Below are positions 1-12,700 of a stretch of 64,000 bases of DNA, piece after piece. The DNA lies in assembly GCA_050273025.1 (NCBI GenBank), contig CP158635.1:11532001-11596000 (forward strand), given 5' to 3'. The DNA comes from Cenococcum geophilum (lineage: Eukaryota). Under the pieces are notes generated by a model that was given only the letters and a program-made list of their open reading frames with translations, was not told where the DNA came from and ran no database searches. The position numbers and the translations under genes are program-made. Within the stretch, counting starts at the first letter, position 1. Each line of letters opens with the position of its first letter.

Positions 1-3000
1 ATAAGCCTATATAAGATTAACTAAATTATTAATAATAGAGAGGAAAGGCTAGCTAAGGAAACTAATAAGGAACTAGTTAAACGCCTCCTTTTTACCATTT
101 ATATAAACTATAAGGATATATTTTTAAAGGCGGCCTTAGATAAGTTACCCTCTACTAGATATATAATTATAAGATCTAATTAGAAGCTAATAACTCGCTA
201 GGCTATAGCCCCCTCTACTATTAATTAATGGATAAGCTAAAAGTAATAAAGTAGTATTTAATTAATAACCTAGATAAAGGGTTTATTAAGCTAAGTTAAG
301 CCCCTTTTACTTCCCCTATTCTGTTTATAAAAAAGCCTAATAAAAGTCTTAATTTTTATATTAACTATTAAAAGCTAAACGCTATTACTTAAAAGGACCA
401 GTATCCTATTCCTTTAATTAATAAGACCCTTATATATCTAAGCTAGGTAAAGATCTTTACTAAACTTAATATCTACTAAGCTTTTTACTAAATTAGGATA
501 GACCTTATATCCAAAGATTTAATAACGTTCTATACCCGTTATAGTTCTTATAAATATAAAGTTCTTCCTTTTAGACTAATAAATGGACCAGCTATGTACT
601 AAAGGTATATAAATAACGTTCTTTTTAATTACCTTAATAAATTCTATATGGTATACCTAGACAATATTCTTATATACTTAGACAATAAACTTAAGTATTA
701 AGTTTATATTAAGAAGGTTCTAGAGAGACTACAAAACACGGGCTTATAAGTTAATATTAAGAAATGCGAGTTTAGGGTAAAACGTATAAAATACCTTAGG
801 TTTATTATAACTATAGAAGAAATTAAGGTTAACCCTAAGAAGGTAGAGGCAATCCGTAACTAGGGGCCCCCTTATATAGTAAAAGAAATCTAATTCTTCC
901 TTAGCTTTTATAACTTCTACTACCGGTTTATCTATAACTATAGAATTATAGCAAAACCTCTTATATAACTAACTAGGAAGGACATACCTTTTATCTTTAA
1001 TAATAGCTATATAGAAGCCTTTAAAGAGATAAAAAATCGGCTTATCTCTTTTTTAATTCTTTATTACTATAACCTAAACCTTAAATTAATGCTAGAAATA
1101 GACGCCTCTAATAGGGTTATAGTGGGAATCCTATTATAGTTATATCTAGACGGCAAATAGTACCCTATAGCTTTCTTCTTAAAAATAATAAACTTAGCTA
1201 AGTATAACTATAAAGTACATAATAAAGAAATACTAGCTATTATTTAATTACTCTCTTAATAATATATAGAGCTTAAAGGTATAAACTTTTAGATTAAGAT
1301 ATATATAGATTATAAAGCCCTAAAGTATTTTATAATTATAAAGTAGCTTACTAAACAGTAAGCCTAGTAGGCTAAAATACTCTTTTAATTCTTTTTTATA
1401 ATTATATATTATTCTAGTAAGTAAAACTCTAAGGCTAATACCCTAACCTAAAGGGAATAAGACGTAAGACCTTAGAATAAGCTAAAGACCTAATATTAAA
1501 CGCGTGCCCTTCTTTATCTAGAATAGCTTAACCCGCGGATCCTTAAGGAGCTAAACTTCTAGTAAAACGAGCTAGCACTAATAGAGGAGTCCTTAGATAA
1601 GCTAATAGGGCTAATTAACCGCCTTTTAACTATAAACCGTATAGCTAATACCTTAAGGGCCCTCCGCAAATAAGCCGTAAAAGGAAACCCTAATTTTAAA
1701 ATAGAGGAAGGATTGCTCCTATACTAGGAGCGGCTTATAGTCCCTAACGTTAATAATTTACGGACTAAACTAATCCGCAAAGCTTATTATTAAGTCTCTA
1801 TAGTATACCTTAGTAAGAATAAGACCCGTAAAATTATTAACTGCCACTACTACTAGCTAAGAATAGTTGCGGATATTAATTAATATATATAGAACTATAA
1901 AGACTGCTAAAGAGCTATAATCCTACAGGATAAGACCCTAAAACTACTTAAGCTACTCCCAATACTAGAGCGCCCTTAGTAGTATATCTTTATAGACTTT
2001 TATAAACTACCTAGGGACCGTAACGGATATAATATAGTTATAGTTATAGTTAACCGCTTTAGTAAACGCCCGTTCTTAATTCCCTATTATAAGAGTATTA
2101 ATACTAAAGAGGTAGCCTAGCTATATATCTATTACGTCTACTAAATCTATAAACTACTAGATACTATTATATCTAATTATAGGCTATAGTTTATATCAGC
2201 CTTCTAGAATAAGTTTACCTAAATCCTAAGTATTAAGCTAAAGCTTTTTACGACTTATTATCCCTAAATAGACGGTTAGATAGAGATTATAAATTAGTAC
2301 CTAAACTAAAGGCTTAGGCCCTTTATTAACTATTTCTAGGATAACTAGTCTAAACTATTACCCTTAATAAACTACGCGCAAGTAACCCTACCCTATAACT
2401 CCACAGGGTTTGCCCCGATTTAGCTAAAAATAAGATACTTACCCTATATAAGCTTTAACTAGAAAAGGCTAGAAGAACCCTAGACTATATAAGAGAAGCT
2501 ATCCTATACTAAGGCCTAATAGTACGCTAAATAATTAGAGGAAGCTTAAATAGTAGCCTACAAGAACCTAAAAAAAGCTTAAAGATTAATAGAATAGTAG
2601 GCAAACAAACACCGTTAAGAGCCTAATTTTGCCCCTAGTAATATAGTCTAGGTTATAATAAGGAATTAAAAAACTAAATAACCCAGCCATAAGCTAGACT
2701 ACTAGATAGTAGAACCGTATAAGGTTCTTAAAAAGATAGGCAACTCGTATAAGATAAAGCTCCTAGATTTAATTAGGGTTTACTATAAAAGGCCAGCCTG
2801 ACCGGAACGTATAATTATCTAATTAACAGTGTTACTGGTAAGTAGAAGGTAGAATAAGTTTTTACGTATTAAAGAACAATTGCTTTTAACCACTTCTATT
2901 TAGAGACTAATCGCTAGTTCTTCTCTAGAGGGGAACTAGCTTCCTATATATTTCTTCCAAAACGCTAATAAAACCTTTCGCCCCTAACCTGTCTAACTAT

Positions 3001-3534
3001 ATCTTCTAGAATATAGATAGGATATAGATAAAACCTCCTACCGTTTTATCGGATATATACCTCCTAGGGGATTCTATTATAATTACCTCCCCTTTTAGGG
3101 TCTTAGTCCTCTAAGACTTTGCCTTTATTAAGCCTTTATAGAGTTCTAGCTAAAACCACTAGGGAAACCCTTAGTAAAAAGGTACTCTATAATGCGACTT
3201 ATTGCTAGCTCTTTACTAGCGCGGAACTTTACTTTATCTTTTATTCCTCTACTCTTCTCCCACCCTAGCTCCTTATAGTGCTTTTATAATAGGATTTTAA
3301 TAATAGTAATAAAAATTTAATGGGATTTACCTCTCTAATTTTAGGAATTTATTATAAATAGATTTAGAGGTTATCTGGTGCGACGCGTTAACTAACTACT
3401 ATCCCCATTTACCTAAATAGGCTTTAATAATAACATCTTTTATTTTAATTTCTTTCTATTTATAAGTCATCGCTCTTACTTATCCTTCTATTAGTAACAC
3501 TATTCGTCTCGTTCTTAAATAGGCTATTTTTATT

Positions 3535-4500
3535 ATATCTTGCCTTTTAGCTTCTATATCTCTAGCCGTACTTCCATTACTGCCTTATTATCTTTTCTTA
3601 ACGCGTCTATAAGTAATAGGATCCCCACCTTATCTCTTATAACGATGCTAACTTCTTAGAGTATTCTCCTATAATAGCTTATAGTCCTTTTACGCGTCCC
3701 TAAACCGGCAGCAGTATTATTCCTCTCCTAGTGACGCCCTAGACAGCGTCTGTTGCTCCTATAGCAGTTTCCCTAAAATACTTATTATCGCTGCATTTAT
3801 GCTCTTATATAGGATTCTTCCTACGTCTATAAGATGCCTTACTCTAGCGAAAATAAATCTAAGTGCTCCTATTACTGTAGTAGGAGAAAGACCTATATTC
3901 TAGTATTTCCCATTCCGTCCTATTCTAGATTTCGCTAATAGTACTAGATCCCCGCTGTCTATATATATAAGACTTATAGGCTTTAACGCGCCATTTAAGA
4001 TTTCCGCTAATATCCTAATAGTAATAGGTGGGGATAAAAGGTGTCTTCCCTTACTTATAGACTCTTTAATTTAATAAGGGTTTCCACTACTATAGAGACG
4101 TAATAATCTCGGATATATAGTGTCTAAGAGCGTATATGCGAACAGCTTACCCTTATTAATAATAATATTCGTACTTTTACGCGGGCTACTTTAGCTAGGT
4201 AAGTTTCTCTAGTAACTTACTTAGGAACTATACTAACTCCTTTAGCCAACGTCTCTCTAATCCCTACTTAGACGCTAATTTAGAACCTAGGGATACTAAG
4301 GATAGCAACAAAGGTTAAAATAAACGTTCTCCTTACTAGTTTCCCGCCTATGCTAGTCCTTCTAGTACCCATTATTCTAAGAAGAATATTAGTAGAAGTG
4401 CTAATGCTTTTAAGGATAGAGGAGCTAATAATACTATTAATAATAACATTAAGATAGAAGAAGAGGCTCCTATTACTACTATTAGTATTTAAGTTATTAC
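3535..4500 (+). pseudogene. RIP-inactivated antisense accessory gene of element B: Zn2Cys6-like motif plus acidic tail, up to three introns (ends approximate)
   Basis: C-x2-C-x11-C-x11-C-x2-C-x6-C at 3783-3896 (2 Cys intact, 4 restored by TA->TG). Intron-like segments 3609-3659 (GCTAAC..TAG), 3903-3947 and 4199-4245 (GTAAGT..TACTAAC..TAG). The last one joins two coding-like frames. Confidence 0.6.
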
Positions 4501-4671
4501 CTAGCTCTTTCCTTCTTCTTATAGAATAGCTTTATATAGTGCTTCTTAGGTGCCTTTAGAATGCCCTATTATTAGGAATTAACTTTATACTTTAGAGATA
4601 CCTTTATTCTAAGCTTTGGTAATAATCTATATAAACGCAGTATACTACTATAATCCCCATATATAATAAAT

Positions 4672-5661
4672 AAAAATGTCTATTTAAAGCGAAGTCACGC
4701 CTTCCCTCCGAACAGCAACATTAATATCTATCACAATTAGCCTTTCGGCTTTTTGCTTTAAAATAAGGCTTATCTAATAGAGATTTTATTGTTCATTTGT
4801 CTTATAGCCTTAATAATACTATGCCGTACGGCGTTGTGTTGTCGTCGCGATAAAACGTCTTACCCCTAGAGGATCGCGAAGTTTCGCGTCGCGTCTTTCT
4901 ACAGCAGCTGTTGATAAGTAGTCTTTCTTGATAATTTTTCCCATAGGGTTTTTCAACAGGTTTTGAATTGACACTTTCTAGCTTTCTCCCTTCCTCCTTC
5001 CTATATTGGTTATTGGGCGCAGGCCTTATACTGCTAGGTTCGTCGTTAACAGCCTTTAATATTACCTAGGTTCTAGGTTAACTAAATGGTCTTTTAACAA
5101 TACCCTACGGGCGTAAAAAAGACGAGATATATTCCTACTTCTATATTAGTTATGGGGCAGGCCTTATACCGCTAGCTTCTAACGGTACGCGTTATTTGGG
5201 GCAATAAGTGTGTAATTATCTACCACTGCTTAAGATAGTAGGGAACCTACTATACAATACAGCAGGCTAAGATGATTACCCTTTCCTTGGGCCTACACCC
5301 CCAATTAATACATTATTTAGAATATATCTCTATCTCTGCGAGCAAGTGAATAGATAAAAATGTCTATTTAAAGCGAAGTCACGCCTTCCCTCTAAACAGC
5401 AACATTAATATCTATTATAATTAGCCTTTCGGCTTTTCGCTTTCCTACCCTCTACCCTATAGATAGATTTTGCAGCCTTTTAGGCTTGCGGTAGGCCCGA
5501 GGGGGGCAATAAGTGTGTAATTATCTACTACTGCTTAAGACAGTAGGGAACCTACTATGCAATACAGCAGGCTGAGATGATTACCCTCTCCTCGGGCCTA
5601 CACCCCTAATCAATACATTATTTAGAATATATCTCTATCTCTGCGAGCAAGTAAATAGACA
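4672..5661. repeat. Interleaved direct repeats X(4672-4759)...Y(5198-5356)-X(5356-5443)...Y(5503-5661) in the 3' region of element B
   Basis: Near-identical ~87-bp (AAAAATGTCTATTTAAAGCGAAG...) and ~159-bp (GGGGCAATAAGTGTGTAATTATC...) pairs differing mostly by RIP-type transitions. Confidence 0.9.
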
Positions 5662-8600
5662 GGTAGTATTTTTATAGGTGCCTTATAATTCCTTAAAATT
5701 TCTAATTCTTTATAGGCTGTCCTTTTACTCCTCTTTATACTATTAACTTTACTATATATTTTTAGTGCCAGGCTAAATACTCTCCTTTTATCCCTAAGGG
5801 ATCTTTCTAAATCCCTAAGGCCACTTCTTATAGTACTACTACTCCTTTTTAAATAGCGTCTTCTTTAAATAGTATCCCTAGTGGTTCTCCTATAAATCCT
5901 TATAGGCTTCCTCTTATAAAATTCTAGGATCCCTATTATAATGGCGAAACGTTTCCGTTTTTAATACCTATGCTTAATCCTATAGTTTTAATTTATAGGG
6001 TCTTCTTTATTACTTTACCTATAGCATATCCGGAACCATTTCTAAATCTTTACCTTTAGTTCTTAGGAAGGTTTTAATTACGGTATTATATCCCAGCTAA
6101 AGGTACTCCTTAGGTTTACAACTATTATATACCTAGGAGTATCCTTCCTAATAAACTAAAAATTCGCGCTTCTTCTGGCGCTATCTTTAGTCTAAAATAT
6201 CTTCTACATTTTATTCCAGTTCCCTATTAATTTTACTAGGTAGGGGCGGTTCCGCACTATCTCTTCTCTAATATAGCTTTAATAAGGAAATATAAAATAT
6301 AGGATATATTAAATAAGATTTTAGTAATTCTAATTCGTAGGCTTAGTTTCCTTTAGTTTTCCTAACTATCTTAAAGGGTCTAAGCCACTAGTAATCCAGC
6401 TTCTTCTTAATGCGTTTTATTTAGATATTTTTTATAAATAGTAAGACTTCGTCTCCTATTTTAAATTCTTTCGGCATATATTTTTCGTTATAGTACCTTT
6501 TTTGCACAGCCTGGGCGTCTAGTAAGTGCTTTTTAAGTTCCTTTTTGCGAATTCTTATTTACTTAATTCTTTTAGACGCCACTAGTGCCTCTCTTTTAGA
6601 AATAATGTCCTTAATATTTTAAGGGTTATTTACTTTTACCCTAAACAATACTTTATAAGGGGTCATTTTTATACTACTATAGATGCTTGTGTTATATATA
6701 TACTGCGCTAAAGCCAACTATAATGTCTAATTATCCTATTAATAATTAATATAGTAGCGGAGGTAGTGTTCCAATAACGCATTTAGATACTTTATTAGCC
6801 TATCTGTTTATAAGTAGAAGGTAGTGCTTATCCTTTATAGTATTTTTAATAAGAGATAGAATAAAGACTAAAATGTACTATTAAATACGGTACCTCTATT
6901 AGATATAATTCCCCTTAGTATACTAAATAAGAGCCACCGTTCTAAAAACAGGTCTGCTAGTTCTGTTGCCGTAATTATTATTATAATAGTAAAGTATCCT
7001 AAAAACTTTATATACCTATTAATAATTACTAAGATAGTATTAGCAACCTCTCTAGTTCTTATTTTAGTAGGGGGTAAGCCTATAATAAAATCTATTATTA
7101 ATTTTAATATAGGTCCCTACGGAATAGGAAGCACTAATAACTCGCTATATAGGCGATGCCTAGATATCTGTATCCTTTAGCACGTATTATACCTTAATAT
7201 ATAATCCTTAACCTCTTTAGACATTTTATCCCAAAAGTATTTCTTTTAAATAGCCTTAAGGGTTCTATTGGCACCGTAGTAACCCCTAAAAGGGTTATTA
7301 TAAAAGACCTTTAGAATTTCGTCTTAAATTACTTGGTCCTTTAGGATATATACAGCACCCTTAAAGCATAACAGACCCTTTTAGTCTTACTATTATAGCT
7401 TCTTAGTAACTCTAGCTAAGTTAGTCTCTACTATATCTTTCTACCTCTCCCTAAAGGCAAAGGCGTCCCTTTATTAAGCTTAAAGAAGAAGATCCGGAAA
7501 GGTTTTATATAGATTACTTACTTCCATTTCGCCTGCCGCTATTATAAACTTAAGGCGTAGCACAAGACGTTTTAAACTATTAGTGCTAGTAGATTCTCCT
7601 ACCGTTATATAGTATGCTATACTACAGATAGGTATCTTACCTATCCCCCTTAGATCCGAAAACTCGCAGCTAATACACCGTTAAGTTAAAGGTACTGTAA
7701 TACCTCTAGCACATCCTATAGAATTCTTGCTAATTCTAGGGTACGCTAACTTTATAACGTCTACTTAGTCTATAACCTAGTTTATAACTATATCCTACGG
7801 CTTTATAATTATATCGCTTCGCAGTTATATTGCTAGGACCTCTACCTTACCGCAAAATTCTATAGTTTTAAGAAAAGAGTCTTCTTTCTTTCTAAGCAAA
7901 TTTTATAATATAGGGATTATTTCCCCTATACTGTCCTAGATCCTCCCTATCTCGTAATCTAGACGTCTTAATAACCTATTAGCAGGATTTATCTTTTTTA
8001 GGCGGTATATAATTTTAAACTTATACTATAATAGTATCTCTACCTATCTTACTTATTAACCGCTTAATACCTTTATAGTTATAAAGTATTCTAGGTTATT
8101 ATAGTCTGTAAGGACTTTAATAGGATAATTGCTTTCTATATAATAATATCACCAGTATTTTATTACTGTAATTATTGCGAGCAGCTCCTAATTATATATT
8201 ATATAACGCTACTTTATAGGGGTTATTTTCCTTAACTAAAACGCCACAGGATGCCATTCTCCGTCTTTTAATTAAGATATAATTGCCCCTAGGGCAAAGC
8301 CGGATATATCCGTTTTAAGGTATATATATAGCTCCCAGTAGAAGTATATTAGGATAGGCGCTAATATAAACAAATCCTTTAACCAGTTTATTACCTACTT
8401 AGTAGCTTCTCTAAATATAAAGGGTCCTAACTTACTATTTTTAGATTCTTTTAGTAGATTGGTAATTGGGAGTATTACTTATAAATAGTAAATAATAAAC
8501 CTTTAGTAGAAGTTTGCCGTGCCTAAAAAAACCTATACTTCTCTAAACGTTATAGGGTATAGCTATTCCCTAATAGCGTCTACTCAGATTTTCTCTATTA

Positions 8601-9713
8601 ATACTCTATTAACGCTAATAATAAAGCCTAGAAAATTAATGCTAGTGATATAGAAAGAGTATTTTTTTAGGTTTATATAGAGCTTATATTCCCATAGTCT
8701 TTTTAGTACTATTTATATATAATATATATATACTTTATAGTTATTAAAGTAGACTATAATATTATTAAGGTAGACTATATATATTATATCTAATAGGCCT
8801 AATAATGCCTTATTAATATAGGCCTAAAATATTACCGGTGCGTTGGTAAGCCTAAATAGCATTACTAGGTACTTAAAGTGGCCATACTATATTTAGAACG
8901 CCGTTTTCCACTCATTACCGGCTTTAATCCGGATTTAATAGTATATATCTTTTAGATCTAGTTTTGTAAATATCTTTACACCTAACAGCCTATTAATAAG
9001 CTCCCCTATTAAGGGTAGCAGGTAGCAATTCTTTATAGTAATCCTATTAAGCGCCTAATAGTTAATACAGAGGTAAAGGGTCCCGTCCTTCTTTAGTATA
9101 AATATAATTAGTGCCCCTACCGGGCTTATAAAGGGCCGAATCTATCCTTTCTAAAGATTATCTACTATATACTAACGTAATACGGCTAGCTCGTTTTCTA
9201 ATAAGTTATATAGTAGTCTAAAAGGAGGTTACTTATCCCCTATATCTATCTTATACTTAACTAACATAGGGTTAAGTAAGGTTTATATAGCCTCTTTATT
9301 AGAAACCTCTTCTAAGTCTATATATTCCTATAGAATCTCTAATTCCTTAACTATATATAACCGGACATCTAAAAATAAATACCCTATATCTTTATTCTTA
9401 GGGTTAAGAGTGGTATATATAGTATATACCTACCCTTCTTCTTATATATAGCTTAGGAAAGTCTCTTAATCCTTAACTATAATACGCGATTAAGACTTCC
9501 GGTGTTAATATAAGGCTAAAGGCTAATTAATATTTGGGTTAACTTGGCGAAGCTATAGGTATCTTAAAATAAGGTTATACCCCTTAATTTCTGCGGCGTA
9601 GAAGCGTATCTCCTATATATCCTATAGACCGTCGCGGTCCTAGCTAGTAATGGGAAACGTTTATTCCCTATAGTATAGAATCTAGTGGCCTCTAATACTT
9701 TAAACAGTATATA

Positions 9714-12700
9714 TATAACGGAACCTTATAGCAGGAACTACGGTGGGTCCTGTTATTGGGCTAGGTATATAGGAAATGCAAGTATAAAAGTTAACAACGT
9801 AATAATAACTAGTGGAGTAGTTGCCTAATAGATTAACTCTAATTGTATTCTGAGAATTACTATAAGGAAGGAACTATCTAGGTAGGGACTAAGGGTCCTT
9901 AAATACACAACCGTACTCCTATGAAATCCTTCTTATACGTAAGGTATGTATACTCTATCTACTTTGTTACGGATTATATAGATCCTATAGATTATATAGA
10001 TTACGTTATATAACCTTGGTTACCATTCCTTGTTATATAGCTCTATCGGCTCTATCCTAGACCGTGCTTATATTAACTAACTAGCTTTTTTTATCTCTTC
10101 TCTAAGTAGTCGTAATATTATACTTAAAGCGTCCGTAATACTATCTCCCTCCTCTTTATCTTTGTCCTTAAAGATCCTAAATATCTCTAAGTCGTTTACT
10201 AGAGGTGTGATATCCGTCTAATTAATTTAGTTAATATTATTACTTATTATACCTAAAGCAATTTCTTCTTCTTTAACTACTCGTCGCATTCGTACTATTA
10301 CTATAATATTATCTCTTAGTAAGATTATGCCGTCTCCATGTTCTTGCTGTTTAAAAGAGGGGTTGGTTTATATTGCGTTGGCGAGTCTATCTTTATAATA
10401 ACCGTCTTTTTGCTTAAAGTGCACTAAAGCGAATATTTATTTGTCCTGTAACGTTTACTCCGTCTTTAATGCTAAATATATGTAACCTATTACTCTTAAT
10501 AGTCGTCTGGTTCCCTAATTAATTTGCTTTAGAGTCTTATATTTAATCTACTACTACGCGGCTAGATAATAAACTATCTATTACTTTAGCGGAGTTGCGC
10601 CGTTCCTGTAATATAGAATAAGAGGCTGCCGATGCTTAATAACAGGCCCTTAAGTCTCGTCTTGTAGCGTCTGCTTAGTTAATCCGTCTTAAAAAGGTTT
10701 GTAAGAAGGTCCGTTTTAAGGAGTAGAAACTTATAGAATAAGGTTTATAGGAACTTAGTAATAAAAGAACGGATTCTCCTTTAATAGAGAAGGAAACAGA
10801 TCCAAATAGCTCGGTAACTACTCTTCTTAGGTCCCCCTTAGGTGACTTATTCTTTAGCGATCCTTCTTTATTAATACTGCCTAACCTAATCTCTTCCGAT
10901 ACTCCTATACCTTTCTTATAGCGTTCTTTAAATTCTCTAGTGGCTTCTAGGTAGTCTTAGTGTAGCCTATCTACTTAACCTTATACTATGTTTTGTTATT
11001 AATATCCTTATAATTAACGATCCTTAAAACTTGCTATTTATCTTCTTCTTATCTTCTATACGTGTCTACTTTATAAACTAGTAGCTTAATATTCCTATAT
11101 ACTAGCTCTAGCATTGCGATATACTATATAGGGTAGATTTTTATTTTGGCTAATAGGTTTAACTTAAATATAACCGGTAAAATCCTTTGCGTAATTTTAA
11201 AAGGTCCTAGTCTAACATAGTCCAACTTCTTACTTAGTTGTTAACTCTTAAAATTTTTATATAGTAGCCATATTTTATCTCCCTCCTTAAGATCTAGTCC
11301 CTTAAATCTCTTAGCATTATAGTACCTTTTTATTCTCTTTTATACTTTTTTTACTAATTCTATAAGGTCTATATAAAGATTTATTAACGTCTTTATTCTT
11401 TCTTTAGCTATACTACTCGTCTTTTTCGCTTGCCGTAGTAACAACGATGTTCTTAGCTTATATCTATAATTTGCCTTAAATAGTAATGTGCCTATTCCTT
11501 CTTAAGGTGTTATATTATATGCAAACTGTGTAACTGGTAATAGTAATACCTAATTGTTCTGTATATAATTGATATAATGTTTTAAATACTGCTCTAGTAT
11601 CTAATTTAATCTTTCCGTTTAACCGTCTGTCTATAGATAATATACAGTAGAAGTTGCTACTTAAACTCCTTGCTCCGCTAAAAATACCTCCTAGAATGCT
11701 GCTATAAATCTTAGATCTCTATCTAATATAATCTTGCTTAGTGCTCTATGTCTTATAAATACTTCTTTAATATAGATTCTAGCGATATCCTCCGCTAAGA
11801 TTTCTTCTGTATAGGCTATAAAGTATCCCTACTTTATAAGCTTGTCTACTATTACTAAGATCGCGTTATAATCTTGTCTAGTAATAGGATCTCTTAACTT
11901 TAGTAACTTTACGATAAAGTTCTATAATATAACCTCCTATGGTCTCTCTGGTATTTTAATAGGTTATAGCCCTTTATATGGCTTATGCCTTATTAGTTTA
12001 TTCCTTTAGCAATTTAGACACTCCTTAGTGACCTTCCTAGCTATCCTCTAGATTCCGTTAATAATATACTCCTCTTAGAGTCTTAACACTAAGCCCGTGG
12101 CTCTATTATGTCCTTAAGTTAATCCCTTATAGAATTCTTTTATAAATTGCTCTGCTATGCTTCTTAGGATATACTTTACTTCTTAATTTTTGTATATATC
12201 TGACTGTAGATCTTCTAGCTATGCCTTTAGAATTCTTTGTGCCTAAAAGCTTTCTAGTATCTTATAGACTTTCTCTAATTTATTACTCTCTTGAGTTACT
12301 GCGATTTTCGGATAATTGTATTTAATTAATCCGTCTATATCTTTCCGTAGTAAAGCCCCTAATAGCTTTTTATTATTTTATAGTTTAGCTTTTTAACTTA
12401 GAGCATCTGCCCTTATATTGTCTGTACCCTTAGTATACTAAATCTTAAAATAGTATTTTATAAGTATCTCTGCCCATCTAACCTATCTTTGGTTAAGTTC
12501 CTTTATTATTAGGAATCCTATTAGGTTTTTATAATCCGTTTTAACTATAAATAGTTTTTCTGTGCCTTACAAGAATGCTCTCTATTTCTTTAGTGCTATA
12601 ACTATACCTAGCAACTCCTTGTTATAGATATTATAGTTTAACTCTAGTAGTATTATCTTTTAACTGTAGTATGCCACTAGGTACTATTTATCTTAATGCC

